From Haliotis rubra (taxonomy: Eukaryota), in the NCBI RefSeq assembly GCF_003918875.1, contig NW_025767409.1, positions 1 through 64,000 of the forward strand: a DNA stretch of 64,000 nt, in the 5' to 3' direction. Numbering within the stretch: the first letter of the stretch is position 1; each line of letters opens with the position of its first letter. Under the pieces are notes generated by a model. It saw nothing but the letters and a program-made list of their open reading frames with translations. It searched no databases and had not been told where the DNA came from. Shown here piece after piece: positions 25,327-37,628 of this stretch. A program made the translations under genes and the position numbers.

Positions 25327-25464
25327 ATGTAACATATGTTATATTTGGGATTACATTTTTCTTAGTAAAAGTACAAATTCTAGTACTTTTGGGGTTGAGT
25401 CCCAAAGTACTAGAATGTATACTTTACCAAGAAAGTGTAATCCCAAATATAACATATATTACAT
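25327..25464. repeat. ~138-bp foldback/hairpin insertion
   Basis: Arms ATGTAACATATGTTATATTTGGGATTACA...CTAGTACTTTTGGG / CCCAAAGTACTAG...TGTAATCCCAAATATAACATATATTACAT. Absent from copy A intron 4. Confidence 0.85.
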
Positions 25465-25627
25465 TTGACTACCCACTCTAAAATGGCATTGTGTATTTCA
25501 ATTGTCAACTTGTCAATGTGTTTTTTATATTGAATCATTGCACAGAAATGTTTCACAATTCATTTTATATTTCGGATATGTATTGGTTGTGATCATGCCT
25601 TCGTATTACTCCTCTTAGGGCACACTG

Positions 25628-25795
25628 AGACAGTTTTCTACAAAGAAAAGGGCACATTAGTGAGGCCTGTTTGTTGTTTGTAAAGGATGATCCCTGACTT
25701 TCCGGTCTGTATCTATTCCACCACCCCTACACTCTCTCTCTACAAAACACAAATGGACCTCACTAATGTGCCCTTTCTGAAGTAGAAAACTGTCT
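25628..25795. mobile_element. MITE with ~40-bp TIRs
   Basis: AGACAGTTTTCTAC..AAAGGGCACATTAGTGAGG / CCTCACTAATGTGCCCTTT..GTAGAAAACTGTCT. Only the right arm survives in copy A (~12610-12652). Confidence 0.7.
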
Positions 25796-26417
25796 AAAAG
25801 GGATTCAGTATGTAATAGTTATTTGAAATAATTGATCATCAACTTTCGTCGGAATGATCGTCGGAAAACTAAGACTTCTGTCTCCCCACCTCCCAAAATC
25901 ATATGGTAAGTTCTTAATCAAAACTATTCGTTTTGCAAGAATGGAGTTAGGCGTAAAATTTGATATCATACTACATGTTCCAGAAACATTCCAGAGGGAT
26001 ATACAATGACAAACCTTCATCCAGAAGACGCCCACCACGTCAACACCAGCTGGTCTTACAACGACGGCAGACATTCGGAGATTTACATAGAAGAACTCAT
26101 CAGCAAACAACCATCTCGCTGCCTGTACAACGAGAAAGGCTCCTTGGTAGGGTACGCCCTGGAGACTCCACAACGGGAATATTGGCTTTCTACATGTCCT
26201 GGATGAACACCGAGGGAAGGGGGTACGCTAAGGTGATCATGTCTCACCTTGCCAGTTTGTGCCTACAGCAGATGGAAGGAAGGTGTATGTCCGTATGTGC
26301 ATAGAAACAATATAGCATCTATCTGTGTACATAAAAACATTGGGTTCCACTCCCTCTCAAACCTTGGTCCATGGTGGCGGATACAGAGTCGAGGATCCAA
26401 TTCCAAGAGAATTATTG

Positions 26418-26751
26418 TGTGAGTTTACTTTTAAGCCACTTTTAGCAATATTCCAGCAATATCACGACAAGGGTCACCAGAAATGGGCTTCACACATTGT
26501 ACCCATGTGAGGAATCGAACCCGGGTCTTCGGCGTGACGATGCGAACGCTTTAACCATTAGGCTACGCCGCGCCCGATGATTATTGAGTGAGTGAGTATA
26601 GTTGTACGCCGCTTTCAGCAATATTCCAGAAATATCACGGCGGGGACGCAGAAATGGGCTTCCACACATTGTACCCATGTGAGGAATCGAACCCGGGTCT
26701 TCAGCGTGACGAGCCAACGCTTTAACCACTAGGTTACCCACCGCCCCTCCC
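26418..26751 (-). mobile_element. Two adjacent family 1 SINEs
   Basis: Copies at 26418-26576 and 26586-26751, inserted at the end of GLYAT copy B. Confidence 0.88.
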
Positions 26752-26973
26752 CGAATTATTGTGTAGTGGGTAATATGATATATGATCACAATAACAGGTT
26801 CCGTTTTGTTGTTTCATCTATTTCCCTAATGCTGTAATTGTACCATTCCATGAGCACATTAGAGTTCTCTCAGTACTATATCAGATTGAGCCGTCATTTT
26901 GGATATGCATTCCTAGATTTGATCAAATTCTATCATAGGGTTAAGTCAAACACTTTGACTTTTAACCAATATA

Positions 26974-28494
26974 TACTAGGCACATAAAGAAACTGTGCAT
27001 ACAAAAATTTAAAATCAAAATTTGTCAAACCTGTGTAGACACATAAGGATTTAAACTCAGAGATTAGTGGCATGTATCCAACATGCATGCACGTGCCACG
27101 TTCCGTGACGTCAGTGGGTTCGTCCTTGAGACCGTGCAATACGTTGCATTGCCGTGGAAGAGAAACAGAGCAAATGAATGCCACACAATACTGTCACTTT
27201 TGGAAAAGCTCAGCCCCTGCCCTTGCGATCGTTCAAAAACTTAAAGCGGCTATTGAAACGCATAGCATGCCAAGGGGCTCACGTCTGCACAACGTCATGA
27301 AGCCATTGGGATGGTCCGTGGGGGATGTCTCAACGACAAGTTGCTGCACATTTCCACTGCCACCGGAACACCATTTCTGCACTGGTGAGACGCTACCAGA
27401 ACACAAATGACGTCATCGATCGGCCACGTTCTGGACGTCCACGTGTAACAACGCCAAGACAGGACAGATGGATAAGGGTGACCCATCTTCGCCACAGGTT
27501 TCAGACTGCAGTGATGACTGCCCGAACCATTCCAGGACTTCGCCGTATCCACCCCAAAACAGTTCGACAACGTTTACGTCATCACGGGATCAGACCACGA
27601 CGTCCCGCCATACGGCCTATCCTGACACAACGTAATCGACAAGCTCGCCGAATGTGGTGCCGAAATCATGTCCACCAGACCCTTGTTTTGGTGGAGAAAT
27701 GTTGTTTTACAGATGGAGTCCAGGTTTAACATTTCCCATAGTGATGGACGTCAACTTGCCTATAGACGCGTGGGAGAACGTTATGCACAGGCCTGTATCT
27801 TGGAGAGGAATCGCTTTGGCGGTGGTTCCGTGATGATTTTGGGTGGAATAACAGCACGCCAAAGAACTCCTTTGGTGATTGTTCAGGGCAACTTAACTGG
27901 TGTGAGCTACAGGGATCAGATTCTTCGACCTGTGGCAATTCCTTTTCTGCAACGTCATGGCCCTGGGTTAACATTCCAACAGGACAATGCCCGCCCTCAT
28001 ACGGCAAGGGTTGCTATGGATTTCTTGCAACACCACAACGTTGACGTACTGCCTTGGCCTGCAAATTCACCGGATCTCTCCCGCGATAGAGCATGTTTGG
28101 GACGAAATGGATCGACGTCTACGTCGTCTCCCTCATCCGCCAGATAACGTCCTTGACCTTGCAACAGAACTTAGAGAACTTGAGAGAATCTGGCGTGACA
28201 TCCCACAAGCCTTCCTTGCACGTTTGATAGGCTCTATGCGTCGTAGATGGACTGCTGTTCTCAATACCGATGGTGGACATACTACGTTATTGAGCTTGTG
28301 ACATGGTCGTTGGAACCCTGTCCCGCTTGTGGACTCGTGACGTCATTATGATTGACTTTTCAATTGAAATTCTCCCGATTTGTTATGGTCTCATGATCCC
28401 TCCATTAAAGTTTATATGTACCTTTGACATTGTTATCGTACTTATCAACTGGGATAATATTTTGACAATATACAGTTTCTTTATGTGGCTAGTA
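26974..28494 (+). mobile_element. Full-length Tc1 element (DD34E transposase ~27267-28290, frameshifted)
   Basis: TIR TACTAG(G/C)CACATAAAGAAACTGT with TA on both sides. Transposase has GRPRVTT, (F)TDESRF, FQQDNARPH, WPANSPDLS-IEHVWDE and GGHT. The empty site is visible in copy A at ~13775. Confidence 0.93.
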
Positions 28495-28648
28495 TACATG
28501 TATAAAGGAATACAGAAATATTCGGAAACAGGCTTCTGTCTTTATTGATGCAGGGATTTTCAAGAGGTTTCCATGGGAATCTGGAAGTAGTCTCATCGTC
28601 GGCGTCTTCCCGATAACCTGGTGTCATGGCAGATTTTCAGTAATCTTT

Positions 28649-28808
28649 GGGGGTGGTGGGGTAGCCAAGTGGTTAAAGCGTTCGCTCGTCACGCCGAAGA
28701 CCCGGGTTCGATTCCCCACATGGGTACAATGCATGAAGCCCATTTCTGGTGTCCCCGCCGTGATATTTCTGGAATATTGCGAAAAGCGGCGTAAAACTAC
28801 ACTCACTC
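28649..28808 (+). mobile_element. tRNA-derived SINE (family 1)
   Basis: Near-consensus copy with TSD CAGTAATCTTT. Confidence 0.9.
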
Positions 28809-30577
28809 CAGTAATCTTTTCATCTATTTTACTTTTTACGCCGATGAGAATCTATTTCGGCAGTCACTTCAAGAATACTGTTTCGTGAAAAATGCGTGAA
28901 CATATAAATGTGACGTTCCTTTTTTGAACGCGTATGTTACCGGGGAACCCTAGCTCAGAAATGAAGCATAGGAAGAATTTGAGTCCACGCTTCATTCATT
29001 GGTTTATAAAAGAACAAAAAAAGACGACTTACAGAAATATAGGAAAAGTAGGGGAACCTGAACTTTCAATTTGGATAGGACATATAAGCGTTAACAAACT
29101 TTTCAAAGACGGACATCTTATGAACGCACCACCATTTCTCTTTATCACCACCCCTTAACACAACGCATGGGATGCACGTGCACAACGCAGTAGCCCCATA
29201 CGCGTGCATGGGGTGTCATTCTTAATTTTGACGGTTTTCAAGGTCGATAAATCACTGTAGACCATTAATTTTGACAGTCATCTTGCATCACATAGTTGTT
29301 AGTGTTTGTTTCTAGTCATTTGTTTTTGGGGTTGTATTTTTAAATGAAATCGTACACATCCAAATTTCACGTCATACAACAATCACCTTTCAAGGGCGAT
29401 TTCTTGGTCACTGATCCGTTAAGGTGTGAAGTTTCGCTGTCAAAACCGGGATAACTAGTTGTACCAATTAATGGTAATTATGTGAATGCAATCAACTGAG
29501 AGAAGTACAGAAGTATAGCTCTATTGGCTCCTATATCCATACCAGTAATGTGAACAAAACGGGCACGAGAAGAGCTGACAAAGATTTACGAGGAAGAAAG
29601 GAGGAAGATTTTGGATGGGTATGAAGAAGCAACACCTCAAGAGATGGCAGCCCGACTTCAGATGTATGAGAGCATTATCAAAGTGATACTGTTTCTATAG
29701 ATGGCAATTAGGTCGCTCAGCCAGGTATGACGACGGACCCTCGACTCACTTGGAATGAAAATGCACGTGCTGCCCAAAGGCACAAGGCATCAGCTCAAAG
29801 ATATTTTATATTGTTCATGTGCATCGAATATATCTCTATTGATTATCTTATCTTATAGTTTGTATAGCTGATATCTCTATCCCCCAGTCCGACTCCAACC
29901 ACCGTCTGCAACACCCGTCCTGGTTGGGTTTTTTTAGACGACCCCTCCTACCTGTTTCTTTTTATAGTGATAGTGAGACTCGATGGTGGTTACATCCTTA
30001 ATAGTTTCAGTATTAAAGTTATTATTTTTTACGTTTGCTATCGTTTATAATGAAGCTAAGTCTAATTTCAAAATGGGCATTTAAAAAATGTCATTGGTAA
30101 TACAATATCATCGCACGCTAACTTGCATAAAGCCATGGTCTGTTCTAGATAAGTCGCTTTGGACTTTTGCATTGCTCATTTCTGCACTAATCTCTCCTCA
30201 GTAAAATCCTTCTTTTACGTTTCCTATCTCCCTCCCACTGCCCCCCGTGATGTTGCTGGAATATTGCTAAAAGCGGCGTAAAACCAAACTCAGTCAGTCC
30301 CTCCCACTGCGACTGTAGTTAGGCCGAATTTAGTTTAACAGATATTTCACACTTTCACATATTAACTACCTAAATTGTAGATATAAATGTGAAAAAAACA
30401 GGGTTTTTTCTATTTCCGACGGTACTTTAACGTCTAGTCCCTGAAATGAACATATTTTATGTATAAATATATATACACACATATAAACAGACTATGGATA
30501 TGCTTAGAATGGTTAGTCTCACATCTCAGCTGGGAACGATTATCTTGGTAAGTCCGTCACAGTTTGTGTACATATGA

Positions 30578-30738
30578 GGGGCGGAGGGGTAACCTAATGG
30601 TTAAAGCGTTCGCTGGTCACGCCGAAGACCCGTTCGATGCCCCACATCGGTATAATGTGTGAAGCCCATTTCTGGTGTCCCCAGGCGCGATATTGCTGGA
30701 ATATTGCTAAAGGCGGCGTGAAACCAAAGTCACTCAAC
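30578..30738 (+). mobile_element. tRNA-derived SINE (family 1)
   Basis: Consensus match. Confidence 0.88.
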
Positions 30739-33137
30739 TGCACATGTACATATGTCTGAGTATAACACTACATCTGTGCAACCACTACAGAAATACTGAA
30801 CCCAACACAGGTTAGGGATCATGAGAATGTTTTGATATATTTATCTTATTTTATTTTATTTTTATTTATTTTATTTTTTTATTATTTGTTTTATTTTGGG
30901 TGGGGAAGGGGGCCTTTCTTGTGGTGAGTTTCTTTAAATTTGTACGGTATAAAAATCGTCTGTTTAATACATAGTAACACTCCTACAATTGTAGGTAGTT
31001 ACACCCAAACATGCGCAACATGTGTAATTTACCTCTCTTAGTAAGATTTGCGTGGGTCTCAGTATTTATCCTATATTTACGTATCTTCTCTCTTTGATAT
31101 ACATTCCACTGTGTGTAAGTTATTTTTGTTTTGTTTAAGTTTTAATAATCACCTCCTCCTGAGATACCGTTGAAGTTACGTCCAGCAGATAAGTTTAACG
31201 TGTCACCTTTCGTTTGACGTATTCATGAGTATACAGATGTATTCACAGGGCGAATAAAGACACTCCTTTGCGACTACAAATGGCCCTTCGTATGTGAAAT
31301 GCGAGGGAGGCATGTTGTCTTTCCGGTTGAGCAGTTTCTCCCCCGTCCCAACACACTCACTGCTTTGTGATCTGACAGCTTGGTGGATTGAACAACAAGA
31401 GTTGATTCCCTTTGCCGTGGGTTCATACTATTTTCGCAAAGGCTAATTCTATATGCATCGCATTTAATTGTGGTGACAGTGGTGGTGGTGAAGTCTGCCA
31501 TACAGACCCTGAACCAAATATATCCAAGAAAGCCCATGCAAGTCTAGATATGTGGCAAGTCTAGATTTCCACAGTTTCTGAAAAAGAGAAGAAAATCTCA
31601 GGGTTCCTTTCCATTATATTTTATTTTTTATATCATGAACTGTTTTTTCCCTAAAATATGTTCATTTCAGCAGAGACCATATAATTTCAGAGATTAGTTG
31701 TTAGTCTAGTGGTGGTATACAGTCTCGTGTGATGCGAGTTATTAAAACTGGAAGAGGGTAAGGGATGGAAAATCTCAAATTTACTTTAAGGAGCTCAGTG
31801 ATTTTAATTCATATATCAAAACATTCATCTGATTTGTGAAGGGCAAGTATTTACATAGAGTCATTGTAGTATGATGCAAACATTTTGTAAAAACAACTTT
31901 TTACAAGGGCCCATATCTGGATGGTCTATGCTTTTATATTTGCTGAAACTAACAGGAAAAAACAATAATCAAAATAGCCATATATTCACAAATATAGCGT
32001 CTAGAAAAAAAGGATAGCGTCTTTATCGGGTATGCACTTTCCAAAACGTGTATCTAAATTTCAAATGAAATTTGATTTTGTATTTTATGTTTCTATATTT
32101 TTCCCTTTTGCGTTTTTGAATTGTATGCACATTCTTTCTTGAATATTAATTGTACTGGTCTACTAAGCGGATATTAGTACTTGCGCGTCAAAGTTAACCT
32201 TTGGCATTTCGTTTTATTTCACAATATGTTTTGACGAAGATCCTTCTAGATGTAGGGTTTTCAACAGATGTTTGTGAATTGAAAACATAACTAACGCTAG
32301 TGGTGAGGAATACCTAACGGAAACTTGACCTACTTCGCTGGGTGCGGAAGATCTGCGGGAGAGGCATTGCTAAAAATGGCCTAACCTTGTATGGAATGCT
32401 ACTGAACAGGAGGGCCTGCAGTCGTTTCAAAAGTTGATCTGCTTTATTTGTTTGTAGTCTGAATTATTCTAGGTAAGTAATATAATGATTGCTTGAAGAC
32501 TTATCCGTTCGTAATCGTAATGAATATTCCTTTGAAAGGGAAATCGTATCCAAACTATGGTTCCACTTATCTTCTGAATCAAGTGCCAAACTTTTGATGC
32601 AAGTCAAATTGGTTCTGTCATTTTGAAAATACTTATAACATGGCAACATGAGTAGGATACCTCAGTACGAACAATCAAACTGACATTGCAAACCTGGACG
32701 AGGATATAGTACTTATTTTCTTTGATCCAGGAATGGAGAGCAGCTTATATCTGATCCAAAATTGATATCCGGGCACCTGTTATTCGGTGCCGGCGTCTAA
32801 GTGGAAAACTTGTTACATTGTGTACGAGTTTGGATACATTTGTATTGTAGCTGAAGTAAACGTGTTTATGGTAGGTTTGGGTGGCATATTAATGAAGTTA
32901 TCACCATGTTATTCAAAACGTTCTGGACCGGACTCGAGATGATATAAACATTATGATCAAACATGCAGTTTGAAGGAGAATCACCGTCCACAAGGAGCGT
33001 TACTCATACACAGTCATACGTATTATGTTACGTGAATTTTTTTTCTCATGTGTAACATATTACAGCAGCAACAACATCAGTGTCATATGTTTAGTGTCAA
33101 CAGCTTGTACAAGATCACTTCTGTTACTAGTGTTAGA

Positions 33138-33740
33138 TACCTGTGAAGATCCGGATTAGAATTGGTCTTGAACAACCCATGCTTGACATAGAGGCAACTA
33201 AAGGGATTTAGTGGTGGGCTTGCTGACTTGGTTGATACATGTCATCATATTCCCATTCGCGTAGATTGATGTTTGATGTTGATCACTGGATTGTCGGGTC
33301 CAGACTCAATTAGTTACAGACGCTACGCCATATAGCTGGAACAGAGCTCCAGATAAAGGTCGTATTGGTGTATGTATGGATATAACATAAGCACAATCAC
33401 GGTAGGAAACAATTTTAAAAAGCATTAGCAGATACGGACCACAGCAATGGTGTGCGGTTTCAGAATCATTTACAGGCGTATTTATCTAAAAAGTATTGTT
33501 TTATTGTTTACTGACCTGTTTACACAAAGAGTAGCAATGTTGTGGTGCATATATGAAACGAAACACAAGATAACTGATATGCCATTAAATTCCATTCAGT
33601 ACTCTAAATGTACTCTTATTGTTTTCCAGTACTCCTATATTGAAAAATAAGAATGCATTACTCTGATCATGAAAAATTATCTGGAGCCCTGTGGAATATT
33701 GCTGGGTGTGGCGTTAAACAACATCGAACCCAAACCAAAC
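33138..33740 (+). mobile_element. Family 2 SINE interrupted by a hAT-like MITE (33342-33691)
   Basis: MITE TIRs CAGAGCTCCAGATAA / TTATCTGGAGCCCTG. The SINE tail GCTGGAA|TATTGCTG is split with a 5-bp duplication, TGGAA. Confidence 0.82.
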
Positions 33741-34099
33741 TTCTGTTACCAACACTCATTATGGGAGTGTTTTCACGTTAATCTTTGTTATTTAATTAGA
33801 TTTAACAAAAATTATACAAAGCTGATATGTCACGGTAATTGTTTCTTGGTTTATGCTGTTACAAAATGAAGGTGAAACGTTTCACGTTTCTGTAGTGTTA
33901 ATCTATGGTCACTGTTTGATATGCTATGGAGACATTGTGTGTATCAGTAACTAGAGATAAGCAGTGTATCACAATATGTTGAAAACATTCTGGTACATTC
34001 TGTTTTTCAAAGTAGTTTATTTCTTCAGTTTGCTCAAAAAGCTTTTAGGAGTGAGTATGTAATGAATAATTGTTACCTGTGATAAGAATAGTAAAACTC

Positions 34100-34283
34100 G
34101 GGAACAGGTCAGAAGGGCCAAGGGAGAGTCAAAAGGGCCAAACTTTTAGAAAATAGAAAGATTAAAAGAAATTCATTACATGTTGTTGCAGTAGTTCAAT
34201 AAAACATAAAATATATATTAGTTTGTATGTTCTTGAAGTCTATGGCCCTTTTGACTTTCTTTTGGCCCTTTTGACTACAACCC
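34100..34283. mobile_element. MITE with internally repeated TIRs
   Basis: GTCA(G/A)AAGGGCCA twice on the left and TGGCCCTTTTGAC twice on the right, with GGG/CCC ends. Confidence 0.7.
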
Positions 34284-34868
34284 ATAAAACTCTCTGCATT
34301 TTACGTGTGCCCTAGTCTCTGGACACAGGTGTATGTTTTGCACTGCCTTGTAAATAAATGATCATTTCATTGTGATCAGAAAATGGCATGATGTGATACA
34401 GTCAACTCTCGTTAATCCAACACCTGTGGTTGCAGAGATATATGTCGGATTAACGGAAATGTCGGATTAATGAAAATGTCGGATTAATGTATTTGTGTGA
34501 AAATATCAATGTTTACTAAATGTCATGATCGTCATACTGTTGCATGCATATCAGAAATGGTAGATCTAGTTATCTTCATCGTACGTAAAAATATTCACAG
34601 AAATAAATGTATATGATAAATAAATTATCATTTCATTGTAACAGAAATAAATAAATTCTTTAAAACTTCTTTTCGTCCATCAACTACTTCAACAAGAAGA
34701 GTCCACTGTTAGATCATAGGGGTGCCACTAGTTTATCATTGCGTAGTCAACAGTCAACAGAAATGTTGTTTTAAGACTGTAGGCGAATTGGGATGTAGGT
34801 GAATAGAGAACAACCCTAGCCAATTAACATTTTGAAGCAGAAAACCCTCTACTATGACTACTGTATTT

Positions 34869-37425
34869 GCAGGGGTAACATTGTGTACTGGTCCATTGTA
34901 GGGGTAACATTGTGTACTGGTCCATTGTAGGGGTAACATTGTGTACATTGTGTATTGGTCCAATGTAGGGGTAACATTGTGTACTGGTCCATTGTAGGGG
35001 TAACATTGTGCACTGGTCCATTGTAAGGGTAACATTGTGTACTGGTCCATTGTAGGGGTAACATTGTGTACTGGTCAATTGTAGGGGTAACATTGTGTAC
35101 TGGTCCATTGTAAGGGTAACATTGTGTACTGGTCCATTGTAGAGGTAACATTGTGCACTGGTCCATTGGTAGGGGTAACATTGTGTACTGGTCCATTGTA
35201 GGGGTAACATTGTGTACTGGTCCGTTGTAGGGGTAACATTGTGTACTGGTCCATTGTAGGGGTAACATTGTGTACTGGTCCAATGTAGGGGTAACATTGT
35301 GTACTGGTCCATTGTAGAGGTAACATTGTGCACTGGTCCATTGTAGAGGTAACATTGAGTACTGGTCCATTGTAGGGGTAACATTGTGTACTGGTCCATT
35401 GTAGGGGTAGCATTGTGTACTGGTGCATTGTAGGGGTAACATTGTGTACTGGTCCATTGTAGGGGTAACATTGTGTACTGGTCCATTGTAGGGGTAACAT
35501 TGTGTACTGGTCCATTGTAGAGGTAAAATTGTGCAATTGTCCATTGTAGGGGTAACATTGTGCACTGGTCCATTGTAGGGGTAACATTGTGCACTGGTCC
35601 ATTGTAAGGGTAACATTGTGTACTGGTCCATTGTAGAGGTAACATTGTGCACTGGTCCATTGTAGAGGTAACATTGCGCACTGGTCCATTGTAGGGGTAA
35701 CATTGCGTACTGGTCCATTGTAGGGGTAGCATTGTGTACTGGTGCATTGTAGGGGTAACATTGTGTACTGGTCCATTGTAGGGGTAACATTGTGTACTGG
35801 TCCATTGTAAGGGTAGCATTGTGTTCTGGTCCATTGTAGGGGTAACATTGTGTACTGGTCCATTGTAGGGGTAACATTGTGTACTGGTCCATTGTAGGGG
35901 TAACATTGTGTACTGGTCCATTGTAGAGTAACATTGTGTACTGGTCCATTGGCAGGGGTAACATTGTGTACTGGTCCATTGTAGGGGTAACATTGTGTAC
36001 TGGTCCATTGTAGGGGTAACATTGTGTACTGGTCCATTGTAGGGGTAACATTGTGCACTGGTCCATTGTAAGGGTAACATTGTGCACTGGTCCATTGTAG
36101 AGGTAACATTGTGTACTGGTCCATTGTAGGGGTAACATTGTGTACTGGTCAATTGTAGGGGTAACATTGTGTACTGGTGCATTGTAGGGGTAACATTGTG
36201 TACTGGTCCATTGGTAGGGGTAACATTGTGTACTGGTCCATTGTAAGGGTAACATTGTGTTCTGGTCCATTGTAGGGGTAACATTGTGTACTGGTCCATT
36301 GTAGAGTAACATTGTGTACTGGTCCATTGTAGGGGTAACATTGTGTACTGGTCCATTGTAGGGGTAACATTGTGTACTGGTCCATTGTAGGGGTAACATT
36401 GTGTACTGGTCCATTGTAGAGGTCACATTGTGTACTGGTCCATTGTAGAGGTAACATTGTGCACTGGTCCATTGTAAGGGTAACATTGTGTACTGGTCAA
36501 TTGTAGGGGTAACATTGTGTACTGGTCCATTGTAAGGGTAACATTGTGTACTGGTCCATTGTAGGGGTAACATTGTGCACTGGTCCATTGGTAGGGGTAA
36601 CATTGTGTACTGGTCCATTGTAGAGGTCACTTTGTGTACTGGTCCAATGTAGGGGTAACATTGTGTACTGGTCCATTGTAGGGGTAACATTGTGTACTGA
36701 TCCATTGTAGAGGTCACATTGTGCACTGGTCCATTGTAGAGGTAAAATTGTGCACTTGTCCATTGTAGGGGTAACATTGTGCACTGGTCCATTGTAGGGG
36801 TAACATTGTGCACTTGTCCATTGTAGGGGTAACATTGTGTACTGGTCCATTGTAGGGGTAACATTGTTCACTTGTCCATTGTAGAGGTAACATTGTGTAC
36901 TGGTCCATTGTAGGGGTAACATTGTGTACTGGTGCATTGTAGGGGTAACATTGTGTACTGGTCCATTGTAGGGGTAACATTGTGTTCTGGTCCATTGTAA
37001 GGGTAGCATTGTGTTCTGGTCCATTGTAGGGGTAACATTGTGTACTGGTCCATTGTAGGGGTAACATTGTGTACTGGTCCATTGTAGGGGTAACATTGTG
37101 TACTGGTCCATTGTAGAGTAACATTGTGTACTGGTCCATTGTAGGGGTAACATTGTGTACTGGTCCATTGTAGGGGCAACATTGTGTACTGGTCCATTGG
37201 TAGGGGTAACATTGTGTACTGGTCCATTGTAGGGGTAACATTGTGTACTGGTCCATTGGCAGGGGTGACATTCTGTACTGGTCCTTTGCAGAGTAACATT
37301 CTGTACTGGCCCATTTGGGGCTGTAACATTCTGTGTTGGTTCATTGTAGGGGTAACATTCTGTGTTGGTTCATTGTAGGGTAACATTCTGTGTTGGTTAT
37401 GTAGGATAACATTCTGTGCTGGTCA
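34869..37425. repeat. 29-bp minisatellite, roughly 88 units
   Basis: Unit GGGGTAACATTGTGTACTGGTCCATTGTA, degenerating at the right edge. It is the source of the long minus-strand ORFs. Confidence 0.98.
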
Positions 37426-37628
37426 ATTTAGTGGGTGTAACAGTGTATGGATTTATTTTTCTGGACTAACATTGCGTAATTATTGTCGGTAACTTTGCTA
37501 AAATTCAGATCACTGTGAGCACAAGTGCTGTTGAATCCTATGCTCTGTACTGAGCGTTTCAGTTTACCTATTTGATCAATATATCCTTTCCTTTGTTCCA
37601 GGTTGTCCTTGAGGTGTAAACTGCTACA

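Larger units (their letters stand above)
19663..26410 (+). pseudogene. Glycine N-acyltransferase-like GNAT gene, copy B (exons 19663-19738, 22594-22710, 23141-23254, 25133-25247, 25984-~26410); frameshifted
   Basis: Paralogue of copy A with the same exon junctions. Exon 2 (IKGEICSKLQSVITDYDFIVDRWPDYRALVVRVDPATAK) and exon 4 are intact; exons 1, 3 and 5 carry indels. Confidence 0.85.

Noticed and set aside
29030-29800. Tc1-like HTH remnant (EEERRKILDGYEE)
   Set aside because: No matching second TIR or catalytic region could be identified.
34754-37386. Long minus-strand ORFs (up to 668 aa) of MDQYTMLPLQWTSTQCYPYNGPVHNVTPT repeats
   Set aside because: They are a by-product of a stop-free 29-bp unit. 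All three frames give the same peptide, single-base indels are tolerated, and there is no unique N- or C-terminus.
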